A stretch of DNA of 64,000 nt from Fidelibacterota bacterium. Its GTDB lineage: Bacteria; Fidelibacterota; UBA8477; JABMPR01. This document shows, piece by piece, positions 47,434 to 58,064 of this stretch. The stretch spans positions 9,497 through 73,496 of the forward strand of contig JABIFG010000058.1 of assembly GCA_018650795.1 (NCBI GenBank). The letters run 5' to 3'. The position numbers and the translations under genes were made by a program. Positions within the stretch are counted from its first letter, which is position 1. The number at the start of each line of letters is the position of its first letter. The notes under the pieces are model-generated. The model saw only the letters and a list, made by a program, of their open reading frames with translations, had not been told where the DNA came from and did not search any database.

Positions 47434-49793
47434 TTGATAATGAAAAATTTGCCACCGGTGGTTTGACCATCGGGGGTTGAGACCGAATAGAAATAGAGAC
47501 CTGCTGCAATAATTTGGTCATTTCGACTGACCTGGAAATACTGATGAGAATATGCATCAGAATCATGTTCCAGTGTTTCCACCAGTTGTCCGGCATATGA
47601 ATAGATGCGGATAGTACATACTGCAGGTAATCCATAAAATCCGATCATGTTGTCTTCACCCGTACCGGAGAAACCTGATTTTTCAAAGAAGGGATTTGGT
47701 GTCACCACGATTTCACCCAATTCTTCCACTGCCCCTTGACTCCTTCTAAATGCTGGTAGGTCGGCATTATCGGGATCAGGAAAGATGTTGGATTTTCCAG
47801 ACTCAAAGCCCTCAGTATCAAAACTTGTAGCTGCATAGAATACGGCTTCGCCCATCTTCAGGGTCGAGTCTTCATCAAAGAATTCGTAGGTATTGTCTGA
47901 GTTCACATCTCCAACGCCCTTAGATATGAGTAATTTCCATGGCCCCAGAGGATTGTAGGCCCTATATAAATTGAATCCACCAAGATCGTTCACCGTATGA
48001 GGAAAATTTTCCACCGCCCGATTCCAGCGTACTCGCACTCCCTGCAGAGCAGTATTAGCCACTTCCACAATGGGTGCAGGCCATGGAATATCTTGAACTG
48101 AATAGTTCCCATCTCTCGCATTATTCTCAGGCCAATAGCGGAACTCACCGGCACCCCAGCTTTCAACAGGAGCCAGTGAATCGCCAGTGTACATCTCGTA
48201 AGCTTTGCGGGAAACATCCTGCACTGTGATTACATCTGAGTTCACATAGTCAGGATATCCATAGTCTGAGATGTAATGGCTGGTCATGACCACATCATTC
48301 CCCTCATCATTTTTAAGAATGACATCAAAGGAGTCGATGTTGACGGGCTTCATAAATAATACATTCGCATCGTGTGATCCCCCACCCATAATCTCGCGGG
48401 AATCAGTGCCATATCCCACTACTTGAGCCATACTAAATTCGATGGTGTCGCCCCGATGAATTGTATAGGGACCAAATGCAAACGCCTGAAGCGGCATAGC
48501 ATTGGCTTTTTTAGACGAGAAAGATCCCCTGCCGACCCAGGTCTCACCGACTCGTGGATCTGTCAAATAGCTAGTTCCGAAAGGGTTCCCTCGCCTCTCG
48601 GTTTCACTAGAGGCACCTTCGTAAAGCTTATTCAGACCAAACCAACCTTTGTTCTTGTAAATTTCCCAGGGTTGTCTGATTCGAAATACATTGGTATCTG
48701 GTTCATCAGGAAACTGAAACAGCTCATGATCATTCGCTTTCCAGGCATAGGAGGTTTCACCATCATAAACTGTCGTATCAGTGGCGATGTTGATTGCTGA
48801 GAGATGTTTTGTATCATAATAGAGCATACTCATGCCTGCAGCCTGAGGAGCCAATAGCCCGCCACCATTTTTACCGGTTCTGGCCCATTCTTCAAAAAGA
48901 TCCAGATTTGGTTCTGGTTTGGCCTTACGGTTTAAGGAACCATTTGTTTGTGTATCAAAATTAAAAAGGGTCCATAATTTGTGATCAAAACTCTGATGGT
49001 TTCCATCGCTTATGAGTCCAGGCTTCCAGTTCCAGATGCCACCATATTCAGGTTGACGCTGATAGGCAAACATGTTGGGACCCCAAGCCTGACCGAAAAA
49101 AACAACAAAATCTTCCCAGACTTGAACCGTGTCTAGTGTAGTAATACCACCGGAGCTACGCTCTATAGTAACCTCTTCAATGGTAGTAGGATCACTATCA
49201 GTATTTCCATCGAAAACCAGTTCATATTCATGAATGATCATGTCATCATAATCAGGATAACTCCAGGCTCGCGATACGCGGGTTATTGTGACACCCATAC
49301 TGGTTGCCCATTTGGCATAGATAATTTCTTCGGCTTCTTCAGGATCATACTCGGGGTTAAGACTTCCATCTGAAAGAATGGGATAATTCTCAGTTCGATA
49401 AAATTCGACAGGAAAATTCCAGATACCAATGGTTTCCTCGGGTCCACCACCTCCGACGAGTCCACAAAATGAGAAATGACGATCGGTCTGAAACGGTTTA
49501 TCATGAACATTTCCTGATATATGAATCCCACCGCCCATAGTGTTGTGCTGTCCATCATAAATGATGGTACCCTCAACCGTGCTGGAGTACTTGGGCCATT
49601 CCATCTGAGGGTGATCAACGATATCCATACCGTCATTGTGAAAGGGTGTGCTGATGATTCCATTATTATAGAGAGATTCACGCATCATTCCTCTGCGCAT
49701 TACTTTGTATTCTCGGCGTTGACCCCAGACAGACGTCAAAGTGAGCAAAAGCATGATGATCAGCGCAATCCAGGTCTTTTCATTTTTAAACAT
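47430..49793 (-). CDS. large secreted protein of unknown function with a type-A T9SS CTD (paralog of 21166-23445)
   Basis: Signal MFKNEKTWIALIIMLLLTLTSVWGQ. Shared blocks EWPKYSSTVEGTIIYDGQHNTMGGGIHISGNVHDKP, HFSFCGLVGGGGPEE and GGLLAPQAAG. CTD ...IVVTPNPF...GLYFYSVST...KFFIIK. Confidence 0.6.
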   Translation of the reverse strand: MFKNEKTWIALIIMLLLTLTSVWGQRREYKVMRRGMMRESLYNNGIISTPFHNDGMDIVDHPQMEWPKYSSTVEGTIIYDGQHNTMGGGIHISGNVHDKPFQTDRHFSFCGLVGGGGPEETIGIWNFPVEFYRTENYPILSDGSLNPEYDPEEAEEIIYAKWATSMGVTITRVSRAWSYPDYDDMIIHEYELVFDGNTDSDPTTIEEVTIERSSGGITTLDTVQVWEDFVVFFGQAWGPNMFAYQRQPEYGGIWNWKPGLISDGNHQSFDHKLWTLFNFDTQTNGSLNRKAKPEPNLDLFEEWARTGKNGGGLLAPQAAGMSMLYYDTKHLSAINIATDTTVYDGETSYAWKANDHELFQFPDEPDTNVFRIRQPWEIYKNKGWFGLNKLYEGASSETERRGNPFGTSYLTDPRVGETWVGRGSFSSKKANAMPLQAFAFGPYTIHRGDTIEFSMAQVVGYGTDSREIMGGGSHDANVLFMKPVNIDSFDVILKNDEGNDVVMTSHYISDYGYPDYVNSDVITVQDVSRKAYEMYTGDSLAPVESWGAGEFRYWPENNARDGNYSVQDIPWPAPIVEVANTALQGVRVRWNRAVENFPHTVNDLGGFNLYRAYNPLGPWKLLISKGVGDVNSDNTYEFFDEDSTLKMGEAVFYAATSFDTEGFESGKSNIFPDPDNADLPAFRRSQGAVEELGEIVVTPNPFFEKSGFSGTGEDNMIGFYGLPAVCTIRIYSYAGQLVETLEHDSDAYSHQYFQVSRNDQIIAAGLYFYSVSTPDGQTTGGKFFIIK

Positions 49794-49827
49794 GATGTAT
49801 CTTACCCTTCTACAGCAACTGATCGCT

Positions 49828-52746
49828 CTAAAACTTGATATTCACACCCATCCTGTAATAGGCTGGTGTGTTTTTATAAATTATTGCTTCTTCGATGTAT
49901 GGAAAATCCACATTTAATGTGTATACTCGAGCTCCATCATGCCAGATTTGCTCAAGCAATTCGCCATTTTCATCATAAATATTTTCCCATTCACCTTCAA
50001 CTCCATAGTCATGGAGATCTGATTTACGCTCACTGTCCCCACGGAAGACGGAATAATTGAAAACCTTATCATTCAGCAGGTTCATACCCTCGAAATAGAC
50101 AGTATACTCGTATGCTCTCAGATGGAATGTCTTCTGGAGACGTGCCTGAAGCTTGTTTTCCTCTGGTGTTCGTCGATTATAACGCTGACCTGCAACTTCG
50201 GGATCGAATGTGTAGGGACGCCCTGTCATCCAGTCATTGCGAATATTCAAGTTCCAACTTCCCATAGGTCGTGATCCAAATACTTGGGGACCAAATTTTT
50301 TGGGGCTTCTAATATTGAAACTGGTGACCAAACGGTGGGTGCGCTCATAGTCCATAGGGATGTCTTCGGGATCAGGTAATTCAATATCTATGCGCCCCGA
50401 TAATCTGTCCAATTCAAGATAGGTTACGGGTGCATCAAAGGGAGTGGCTGACTTTCCAGTAGCTTTCTGATATCGATAGCGGACAATTGCTGTGAATAAT
50501 TTGCTGCGCTTTTCAATACTGGCATGAAAACCTTTAATATTGGCATAGTCCCGATTGTCATAGGTGCGATAAACGTTGGTCTCTTCATCGATATAGGTCA
50601 CAGCCTGGATCAGATCTTTCACATCCTTATAATAGAGACTCACATCCATCCTGATACCAAATGGAAAGCCCTGGACCACACCAATATCATATGAGTTGGT
50701 TTTTTCAGGACGAAGCTGTGGATTACCCAGGCTATTAACACGACCCGTTTCTTCGATACGACGTTCATAGACATACTTCAAACCAGGTCGCTGGACGAAT
50801 TGGCCATAATTCATATGTACTACTGAAGCCAGATTGATGGGAAATGCTATTCCCAGACGGGGTTGCAGTCGGGAGAATGGCTTGGTGTCTTCACGCAAAG
50901 CATTATCTATATCCAAATAATCTGTTTGCTCAAAGTAAGGTAGGTCAGGATTAAAATCCGGATTGCGTGTCGGTGAGAAACGATCGCTGAAATAACTCGT
51001 GTTAAAATCGTAAAAATCCCACCGCAAACCAAGATTGGCGATCATTCCCTCAAACTCGAGTTTGTCTTCCAGGTAGAGAGCACCTTCAATTGGTGTTACT
51101 TTATACTCATTCAACTCATAATTGGTCTGACTTGTTACATTATTTTCAGCATAATTTTTGATATCGTAGGCGAAGACCTGAAGACCGAATTTGAGAAGAT
51201 TGTAATTTGTTAGTTGATTTGAAACTTGACTCAACAGAGAATAGGTTGTGTTTTGATTGCGATTTCTGGAATTAGCGAATTCATCACTATACATACCGTT
51301 CAATCCCAGTCTGGAGAAAAAAGGCAATGCATTGGAAGGTCCATATTGGGGAATTTGTTGATTTGGGTCACGAATGGGTGCAAGCTGCCATGAGCGGTTA
51401 TAGAGAATCCGGAAGTTTAGATCCATAAAAGCAGCTTTTGAAAAAACGTGTTCCCAGCGAAAGCGTAAATTTTGGGTTGTCCGCATCTTTTTAGAGTTAC
51501 CCTCTTCCCTGAAGAAAAGATCTCTCGAATTATTCACACCAATCGTATTACTAAAATTATAATTATAATCATAACCCATCACCAGTTTGTTAGTACTGCT
51601 CATATCATGGGTAAGATTTACCATTAAATCTCGACGAGTATCAGGCACTTCTGAGGGTATTATATTTGGTTTTGAATGATTGCCCAGGGCGAAAAAGATA
51701 CGTGTATTATCAGTAATAGGACCACCACTGCTAAAGTTCACCCGCAGATCTTGCCAGAGGTCATTATAATTTCCATCCAGCAGTCGCGAAAAACTTCGAA
51801 ATTGGGCATAAGCAAACATAGCTTGCTTTAAGGTATCATCGTAGGTGTGGGCAGCATATTTGCCACCACCCGTTTCCTCGAAATAAGGATTCTCTGAGTC
51901 TGTAGTCGAGGTCAACCAAAACTCTGGACCGCCAGCAAAGAGGTTCCAAGGGGTTTTGGAGGTGTCAAAAACACTGCCACCCCAGTACAAATCATGAGGG
52001 GCTGTATAAGCAATCTGTACATTCGTACGCCACTTATTTTTACCCTGTTTTGGAATCATGTTCACAACACCAGATTGAGTGTTACCATATTCTGCGCTAA
52101 ATCCACTTGTCACGACCTGAACTTGTTCCATACTGATCACCAGCGGAGTGTAGGCTTTGCCATTTTCCATGGGATCTACAATGGTTCCACCATCAACCAG
52201 ATACAGGGTTTCATTTTCGCGGCCACCACGAAAATGATCATCAACGACATCGGCTTGTAAAGCGATCACATCGTCAATTTCGTACATGGCTGTATTGTTT
52301 TCCATTTCCGACATGGCGTAATTTTGACGTGTGGCTGTGAGATCAACCTGTATGTCATCAGCCCGATAGGCTGTAACCACAACATCTTCACCTAGAATGG
52401 CTTTTGGTTCGAGCTCAAAATTCACCCAGGTTGTGCGGTCCGCATCCACACGTACTCTGGTTCTTAGTTCAGTACCATACCCCATCATCATGACTTTTAT
52501 ATCATAATCACCCGGTTCGAGGTTCAGAATAAAATATTGACCTTTGTCATTGGCTGCAGCACCAGCTGGATGGAGCATTTCTACCTGAAATTCATCAACC
52601 CAAGTGGTAGGGACCACGATGGAAGCACCAATCAGAGGTTCTTTCGTTTCCAGATTACGAATCACCCCAGCTATTTTGCCTGTTACACCTGCAAAGCACC
52701 AGCTTGTCATCATTATGATCAGGAAGAAAGCTTTTGTGCCTCTCAT
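49828..52746 (-). CDS. TonB-dependent receptor (paralog of 23455-26379)
   Basis: GKIAGVIRNLETKEPLIGASIVVP...GQYFILNLEPGDYDIKVMMMGY; TSGFSAEYGNTQSGVVNMIPKQG; terminal YYRMGVNIKF. Confidence 0.8.
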   Translation of the reverse strand: MRGTKAFFLIIMMTSWCFAGVTGKIAGVIRNLETKEPLIGASIVVPTTWVDEFQVEMLHPAGAAANDKGQYFILNLEPGDYDIKVMMMGYGTELRTRVRVDADRTTWVNFELEPKAILGEDVVVTAYRADDIQVDLTATRQNYAMSEMENNTAMYEIDDVIALQADVVDDHFRGGRENETLYLVDGGTIVDPMENGKAYTPLVISMEQVQVVTSGFSAEYGNTQSGVVNMIPKQGKNKWRTNVQIAYTAPHDLYWGGSVFDTSKTPWNLFAGGPEFWLTSTTDSENPYFEETGGGKYAAHTYDDTLKQAMFAYAQFRSFSRLLDGNYNDLWQDLRVNFSSGGPITDNTRIFFALGNHSKPNIIPSEVPDTRRDLMVNLTHDMSSTNKLVMGYDYNYNFSNTIGVNNSRDLFFREEGNSKKMRTTQNLRFRWEHVFSKAAFMDLNFRILYNRSWQLAPIRDPNQQIPQYGPSNALPFFSRLGLNGMYSDEFANSRNRNQNTTYSLLSQVSNQLTNYNLLKFGLQVFAYDIKNYAENNVTSQTNYELNEYKVTPIEGALYLEDKLEFEGMIANLGLRWDFYDFNTSYFSDRFSPTRNPDFNPDLPYFEQTDYLDIDNALREDTKPFSRLQPRLGIAFPINLASVVHMNYGQFVQRPGLKYVYERRIEETGRVNSLGNPQLRPEKTNSYDIGVVQGFPFGIRMDVSLYYKDVKDLIQAVTYIDEETNVYRTYDNRDYANIKGFHASIEKRSKLFTAIVRYRYQKATGKSATPFDAPVTYLELDRLSGRIDIELPDPEDIPMDYERTHRLVTSFNIRSPKKFGPQVFGSRPMGSWNLNIRNDWMTGRPYTFDPEVAGQRYNRRTPEENKLQARLQKTFHLRAYEYTVYFEGMNLLNDKVFNYSVFRGDSERKSDLHDYGVEGEWENIYDENGELLEQIWHDGARVYTLNVDFPYIEEAIIYKNTPAYYRMGVNIKF

Positions 52747-52868
52747 TAAGACCTCACTTATACCGCTTATTGGTTTACCAATAAAGCCTGAATCTTCTTA
52801 TCGACGAAGACAGCTGGTTTAAATGTTCTTTTGCGTCCAATTTTTCATATCAGTGCATTACACTTTAT

Positions 52869-52887
52869 TAAGTATACTTAATATACT
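52869..52887. promoter_or_regulatory. Inverted repeat AAGTATA-N5-TATACTT about 130 bp upstream of the TonB-dependent receptor gene
   Basis: aagtatacttaatatactt in the intergenic region 52747-52941. Confidence 0.3.
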
Positions 52888-52941
52888 TTTAACATGACTA
52901 ATAACAAGCACGACTCATGCAATAAGTAGCCCAAATAATGT

Positions 52942-55404
52942 CTATTTGATTAAGACGAGTTTCTTTGTCTGAGAAAATCCTTTGCCACTCAGGCGGTACA
53001 AGTACACCCCTGATGCCAGCAGATCTGCCTGAAAATCAACACTGTGATGTCCCTTCACCATAGAACGGTCAACCAGGGTTAACTCTAGTCCACCCAATAG
53101 GTTAAACAACTGCATTTTCACCTGTGATGCGTATGGTAAGGTGAATTTTATTGTCGTCTGCGCATTAAATGGATTTGGATAATTATCACTCAAATGAAAT
53201 TTGAATGGAGATTCCCTGTCATTATTCAGCCCTGATGCAGCGGAACCTACCAGAAAATTCCACTCATCACCCGTTACCCAGCCGGCAGGTGTATTGCAAT
53301 TAACTCTCCAATAATAAAGTTGACCCGGAATTAACGAACCCGGATCATAAATATTATTGACCTGCGTGCCCATTTCCGTGAGCTGACCAGATTCAGTCCC
53401 GAAGTAAACCTGAAAACTTGTGGCTTCCAGCCCCTTCAGCCACATCAGATCGGCGTCTGTCATAACATTGACTGCATCATGAGGTGGAACAGGTGTTGAT
53501 GCCTTTGATACGAGTCGTCCAGGAATCCAGTAGTTATCATCACCAAATTCATAAGCCCCAATATCCGGTGCCTCCCCGACATATCCTTCAGTGATTCCTG
53601 GAATGATCACACCGGCATCGATGAGTTCGGATCCCGCTTTGGGTCGAAAATCAAAATTATAGGGATCACGTAGCTCTTCCCGTAAATCAGTCCCCGTTTC
53701 ATAACCGTTCCAATTATGATCGTGGAAGCCAGGTATAGCGGTAAAACCATTATTACTTCCCGATAACTTGGTCGCCGCATTATTCATGGTGTAGGTGCTG
53801 TCATTTCCACCTTTATCGATTGAGATCTGGATATCATTCCGAGGTACACAGCCAAAGGCAGTATTATTATAGATAAAATGAGCGGTTCCCTTAACTCTGA
53901 GACCGCGATTCCCATTCATGGAAATACAATGATGAATCGTGCCATCATAAGCGCCTGGATCCCCATCAAACCGGATCACATTGTGGCTATTAGTATCATA
54001 ACACCAATTATAACCGATAATCATACCGGGTTGTTGACCTGGGGCAATCTGGATGTTGGATCCATCTATGCTATAATGAATGTTGTAAATATTGTTTAAC
54101 TCAATCAGATCCGCTTTACCGCCTTTGAGACCATTCCCCTTCCCGATGGTATGAATGGTGTTTCGTCTAAATATGTCGTCTTCCGATTTGCGACCATAAA
54201 CAGCCCCCTGTCGTCCCTGAGCCCACAGGATATGATGAAACAGACTATTCTCGATACGCCATCTACGGGTTCCGGCGCTATGAAAGGTAATGGCACAATT
54301 CTCTGAATATTCAAACACGCAATCATAGAATGTATCATCCTGACCTCCATCCAAATCAATATTGAGTGGCTGCTCGCGCACACCCAGCATGCGTTTGGAG
54401 TATGATGGATAACTAAAATTACAATGGTTAAATGTTCGATGGTCTCCCTGGAGAATGAGGAAATTTCCTGCATAGAAGGTTAAATTCTCAAAAAGAATAT
54501 TTGACGAATTATGAAGTTCCATAATCCTGTCTATGGTCCTTCCGCGTATGTCATGCAAAGAGGGATTTGCATTATCTTCGCACCACAAATACAATTCCAT
54601 AGTGGATTGATCAAAAAACCATTCTCCCGGACTGTCCAGCAAATCCAGCTTCCCCTCAAACCAGTATCGAGATTCAGAGCCGTCAGAATCTCGACTGACA
54701 TCCAGATATTCAGCCGTACACTCAAAGCTGCTAGAACCAGGTATGTGATTGGTAATTTCTTCCACAATAATGTGCTCTGAAGTGGTCAGTTTACCCACTG
54801 CCAGACCACCTGTTAAATCAACATTTAGACTTGCCAGGCTATGCACACTCTCATTATTCACGATATTGCCACCAACACCCTGCACAAAGATTGATTCATC
54901 CGTACAGTGAGCCCAGGAATTAATATCCCAAAAACTTCCTGGTTCAGGGAAATTTGGGTTGGGATGACCCCCACTGGAATAGTCGGGGTTGGTTGGATTG
55001 GCTAGATTTGGCCAACGTGCCATCTGCATCATGCGATCATTGACAAATAACTGCCAGATGGTATCAGTAACAGTTGTTTTGTAGATACTACCCTGATATT
55101 GAACCCAGTCAGATGTAATGAGCTTGGTCCCATCAATGACGCCCTCTTCACCTGGATAGCTTTTAAAGCTAAGGTTGGATTTATTCTCCATATTGATGAA
55201 TCCATAATGCCTTCCGTCACGTAGTTGGCAGATATCCCCGCTGGACATTTCATCGACAGCCCGCTGAATTGTCAGGAATGGAGAATTAATGGAACCATCA
55301 GATTCATCATCACCATACTCAGAGACAAAATACTCTGTAGCGTTCAGACATGACAGCAGCCATAAAAGAGCGACTACTCCTCGAATTATTTTATAAGCAT
55401 ACAC
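52942..55404 (-). CDS. DUF1565-like right-handed beta-helix protein with an FN3-like domain and a type-A T9SS CTD (paralog family A)
   Basis: TEYFVSEYGDDESDGSINSPFLTIQRAVDEM; TIWQLFVNDRMMQMARWPN; FN3-like MTDADLMWLKGLEATSFQVYFG...LYYWRVNCNTPAGWVTGDEWNF; CTD LSDNYPNPFNAQTTIKF...GVYLYRL...KKLVLIK. Confidence 0.7.
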   Translation of the reverse strand: MYAYKIIRGVVALLWLLSCLNATEYFVSEYGDDESDGSINSPFLTIQRAVDEMSSGDICQLRDGRHYGFINMENKSNLSFKSYPGEEGVIDGTKLITSDWVQYQGSIYKTTVTDTIWQLFVNDRMMQMARWPNLANPTNPDYSSGGHPNPNFPEPGSFWDINSWAHCTDESIFVQGVGGNIVNNESVHSLASLNVDLTGGLAVGKLTTSEHIIVEEITNHIPGSSSFECTAEYLDVSRDSDGSESRYWFEGKLDLLDSPGEWFFDQSTMELYLWCEDNANPSLHDIRGRTIDRIMELHNSSNILFENLTFYAGNFLILQGDHRTFNHCNFSYPSYSKRMLGVREQPLNIDLDGGQDDTFYDCVFEYSENCAITFHSAGTRRWRIENSLFHHILWAQGRQGAVYGRKSEDDIFRRNTIHTIGKGNGLKGGKADLIELNNIYNIHYSIDGSNIQIAPGQQPGMIIGYNWCYDTNSHNVIRFDGDPGAYDGTIHHCISMNGNRGLRVKGTAHFIYNNTAFGCVPRNDIQISIDKGGNDSTYTMNNAATKLSGSNNGFTAIPGFHDHNWNGYETGTDLREELRDPYNFDFRPKAGSELIDAGVIIPGITEGYVGEAPDIGAYEFGDDNYWIPGRLVSKASTPVPPHDAVNVMTDADLMWLKGLEATSFQVYFGTESGQLTEMGTQVNNIYDPGSLIPGQLYYWRVNCNTPAGWVTGDEWNFLVGSAASGLNNDRESPFKFHLSDNYPNPFNAQTTIKFTLPYASQVKMQLFNLLGGLELTLVDRSMVKGHHSVDFQADLLASGVYLYRLSGKGFSQTKKLVLIK

Positions 55405-57905
55405 TTTTGGACCGCCCTTGAATCACCGCTTTCCAACTGAATAAAGTAGACACCTGATGCCAGATCTTCTGCGTACAAATCAAATTTATGTTCCCCCCGA
55501 CCAAGCTCCTCACTTATCAGGGTACGAATATATCGTCCTTGAATATTGAACAGGGTCAAGCTGGTCATATCCATCTCAGGGATAGAAAATGAAATCCTGG
55601 TTTTGGGATTAAAGGGATTTGGATAATTGTTCTGCAATTTGAATCTGAATGGTAGAATCCCGCTGTCACCAGTACCAGTTGAAGGTTCACCGACTAGGAA
55701 ACTCCATGTCTCTCCAGTCACAACACCGGCTGGCGTCACACAATCCACTCGCCAGAAATATTCGCTCTCCTCCAACAAACCGGGCTCATAGATATTATTA
55801 GCCTGTGTACTCACTTGAACCAGATTGCTGGGACTTAGCCCAAAATAGACCCTATAACTGGTTGCTTCCCTCCCCTTCAACCACATCAGATCTGCATCCG
55901 TCATGACCATGTTAGATTCATGTGGTGGGATGGGTGTAGAGGCGTGGGAATATTGATAACCTGGAATCCAGTAATTGACATCCCCGTATTCATAGGCTCC
56001 AATGTCTGGTGCATCACCTACAAACCCGGCCGTAATGCTATCATACATAACACCTGCATCGATCAGATCACTGTCGAAGCGCGGTCTGAAATCAAAATTG
56101 TGAACATCTCGTACCTGCAAACTGGCATTTTCTTCTGTTACATATCCATTCCAGTTATGGCTCTCATTTCCAGTGAGGGGGACATATATCTGTCGATCGG
56201 AGGAAATCGCTTGTGCCAAATTGTTATGTACATTTGAATGAGAATTGTTATCAGTCCCAGCGGGAGTCAGCACTTTTATACCCGGTTCTCCATCAGATTG
56301 AATCTCCAGTGATGTATTATTGATTACATGATGATAATCACCTTTGATCTGCATAGAAGCAGGCACCTTCCATGAGACAAAATGATGGTCAGTGCCATTA
56401 ACACCGCTGCTCCCATCCCATCTACAACCGGTTTTGAAAGCCTGGAAATGCCAGTTGTAGCTGCGAATTCTTCCATCGCTGCCACCCCCGGGTCCATCCC
56501 CACCGGCACATTGCATGGCGCAACCATCATACTGAAAGTATCCAAATTTGGAAAAGCGACACATCGTTACATCCATGGAGGTATGTTTGACCATGACCTT
56601 CGAGCCATTCGTGTGGAAAGTACAATTCGTCATTAAGCTATTTTTATTTGAATTTGCCATGAGAGCCATTTGAGCCATCCCGGTAAAGCTGAAATGATGA
56701 AACAGACAATTATCAATCAGAATTCCATAACCCGATTTCATCCAGACCATACCATCCGAATATTCGAAAACGCAGTTGCGTAGCGTGGTAAATGTACCTG
56801 ACGAGGTACTAGTCGATCCATCCAGAACAGTAGTACCTTCATGGATTGCGGAAGCTGCAGCTTGCTCAGGTTCTCCCGCATAACTGTGTTCACCAAGCAT
56901 ACGTCGATACCAGGTCGGATAGGAAAAATTGCAGTCTTCAACGGTCACATGATGTCCATTGGGAGAATTGACGGTACAACCGAAGAAATTGATACCCCTG
57001 ATGGTGATAAAATCCATTTCATTCACACTGATGGCATATGATATGGTTTTGCCCCTGATATTTCGACCCTCAGGAGAAGCACCGTCTTCACACCAGACCC
57101 TGACAACGCCTGTCGTGTTGTCATAATACCACTCACCAGGGATATCCAGAGCACTGTTGGCTTCAATCATGAACTGACCCTGCCGCTGGTCGTGGGGATT
57201 CATAACAGGTTCATGGATCAAATCGTTACTTCCGGCTGAATGACTGAGAATATTGCGGGAAAAGGTTGACTCAGAATGAAAGTTCAAAATGATGGAACCA
57301 CCTTCAAAACTGACGCCTTCTGCTGCAAGATTGTGAAAGTTTGAGTTATTTGTAAGATTCCCACCTGCATTCCAGGTATTCACCATATGTCCCCAGGTAC
57401 CTTCCCAATCCCACCATGAGCCAGCTATGGGGGTATATTCATCTTCTTGAAACTGAATTGGATCGCAGGGATGTCCGACTAAGACATTGGGCCAACGAGC
57501 CGGTATCATCATGCGTCCATCAACCCAGAGCTGCCAGACATCCTGATCGAGGGTGGTCTGATAGATATTCGTTCCTGGCTCCTGAGTCCAGGTTACTCCA
57601 CCCAGATCTGAGAGCGCTCTGGAACCATCGAGGGTCACCTCTTCATCAGCGTAGTTTGAAATGGTTATGGGACCTGTTTTTGAACTAGTCACCACCTCTT
57701 CATGATAGACACCCTCCCGGATATAGATGTGATCCCCGGGTCCAGCCACATCAATAAAGGCATGCTCAAGCGTGGCAAAAGGGGCTGATATTGTTCCTGG
57801 ATTCGTATCGTCTCCATCAGTCGCCACATAATATTCTGTAGCCAGGAGCATGGGAGCCATGACCAAAAGGGATATGATGACGTATTTCACTTTATTAAGA
57901 CACAT
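55386..57905 (-). CDS. DUF1565-like right-handed beta-helix protein with an FN3-like domain and a type-A T9SS CTD (paralog family A)
   Basis: TEYYVATDGDDTNPGTISAPFATLEHAF; DVWQLWVDGRMMIPARWPN; FN3-like MTDADLMWLKGREATSYRVYFG...EYFWRVDCVTPAGVVTGETWSF; CTD LQNNYPNPFNPKTRISF...GVYFIQL...QKCMLIK. Its 3' end overlaps the start of the downstream paralog by 19 nt. Confidence 0.7.
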   Translation of the reverse strand: MCLNKVKYVIISLLVMAPMLLATEYYVATDGDDTNPGTISAPFATLEHAFIDVAGPGDHIYIREGVYHEEVVTSSKTGPITISNYADEEVTLDGSRALSDLGGVTWTQEPGTNIYQTTLDQDVWQLWVDGRMMIPARWPNVLVGHPCDPIQFQEDEYTPIAGSWWDWEGTWGHMVNTWNAGGNLTNNSNFHNLAAEGVSFEGGSIILNFHSESTFSRNILSHSAGSNDLIHEPVMNPHDQRQGQFMIEANSALDIPGEWYYDNTTGVVRVWCEDGASPEGRNIRGKTISYAISVNEMDFITIRGINFFGCTVNSPNGHHVTVEDCNFSYPTWYRRMLGEHSYAGEPEQAAASAIHEGTTVLDGSTSTSSGTFTTLRNCVFEYSDGMVWMKSGYGILIDNCLFHHFSFTGMAQMALMANSNKNSLMTNCTFHTNGSKVMVKHTSMDVTMCRFSKFGYFQYDGCAMQCAGGDGPGGGSDGRIRSYNWHFQAFKTGCRWDGSSGVNGTDHHFVSWKVPASMQIKGDYHHVINNTSLEIQSDGEPGIKVLTPAGTDNNSHSNVHNNLAQAISSDRQIYVPLTGNESHNWNGYVTEENASLQVRDVHNFDFRPRFDSDLIDAGVMYDSITAGFVGDAPDIGAYEYGDVNYWIPGYQYSHASTPIPPHESNMVMTDADLMWLKGREATSYRVYFGLSPSNLVQVSTQANNIYEPGLLEESEYFWRVDCVTPAGVVTGETWSFLVGEPSTGTGDSGILPFRFKLQNNYPNPFNPKTRISFSIPEMDMTSLTLFNIQGRYIRTLISEELGRGEHKFDLYAEDLASGVYFIQLESGDSRAVQKCMLIK

Positions 57906-57977
57906 TTGGCTACATCTTTCTGTTTGTCACTATTGATCTGATTCATAATTCGACGATGTGATGAAAAAATCAAGTAC

Positions 57978-58023
57978 GTCATCCCGAGCGCGATGTACTG
58001 AGCTCGTCGAAGTGGAGTCGAGG
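57978..58023. repeat. Partial copy of the dispersed intergenic element (GTCATCCCGAGCG...CTGAGCTCGTCGAAGTGGAGTCGAGG)
   Basis: Shares the GTCATCCYGAG and CTGAGCTYGTCGAAGT cores with the copies at 6156, 18535 and 38886. Confidence 0.45.
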
Positions 58024-58064
58024 AATAACACATAACACTTCATCACCAGTTCATTATCTCAAGT

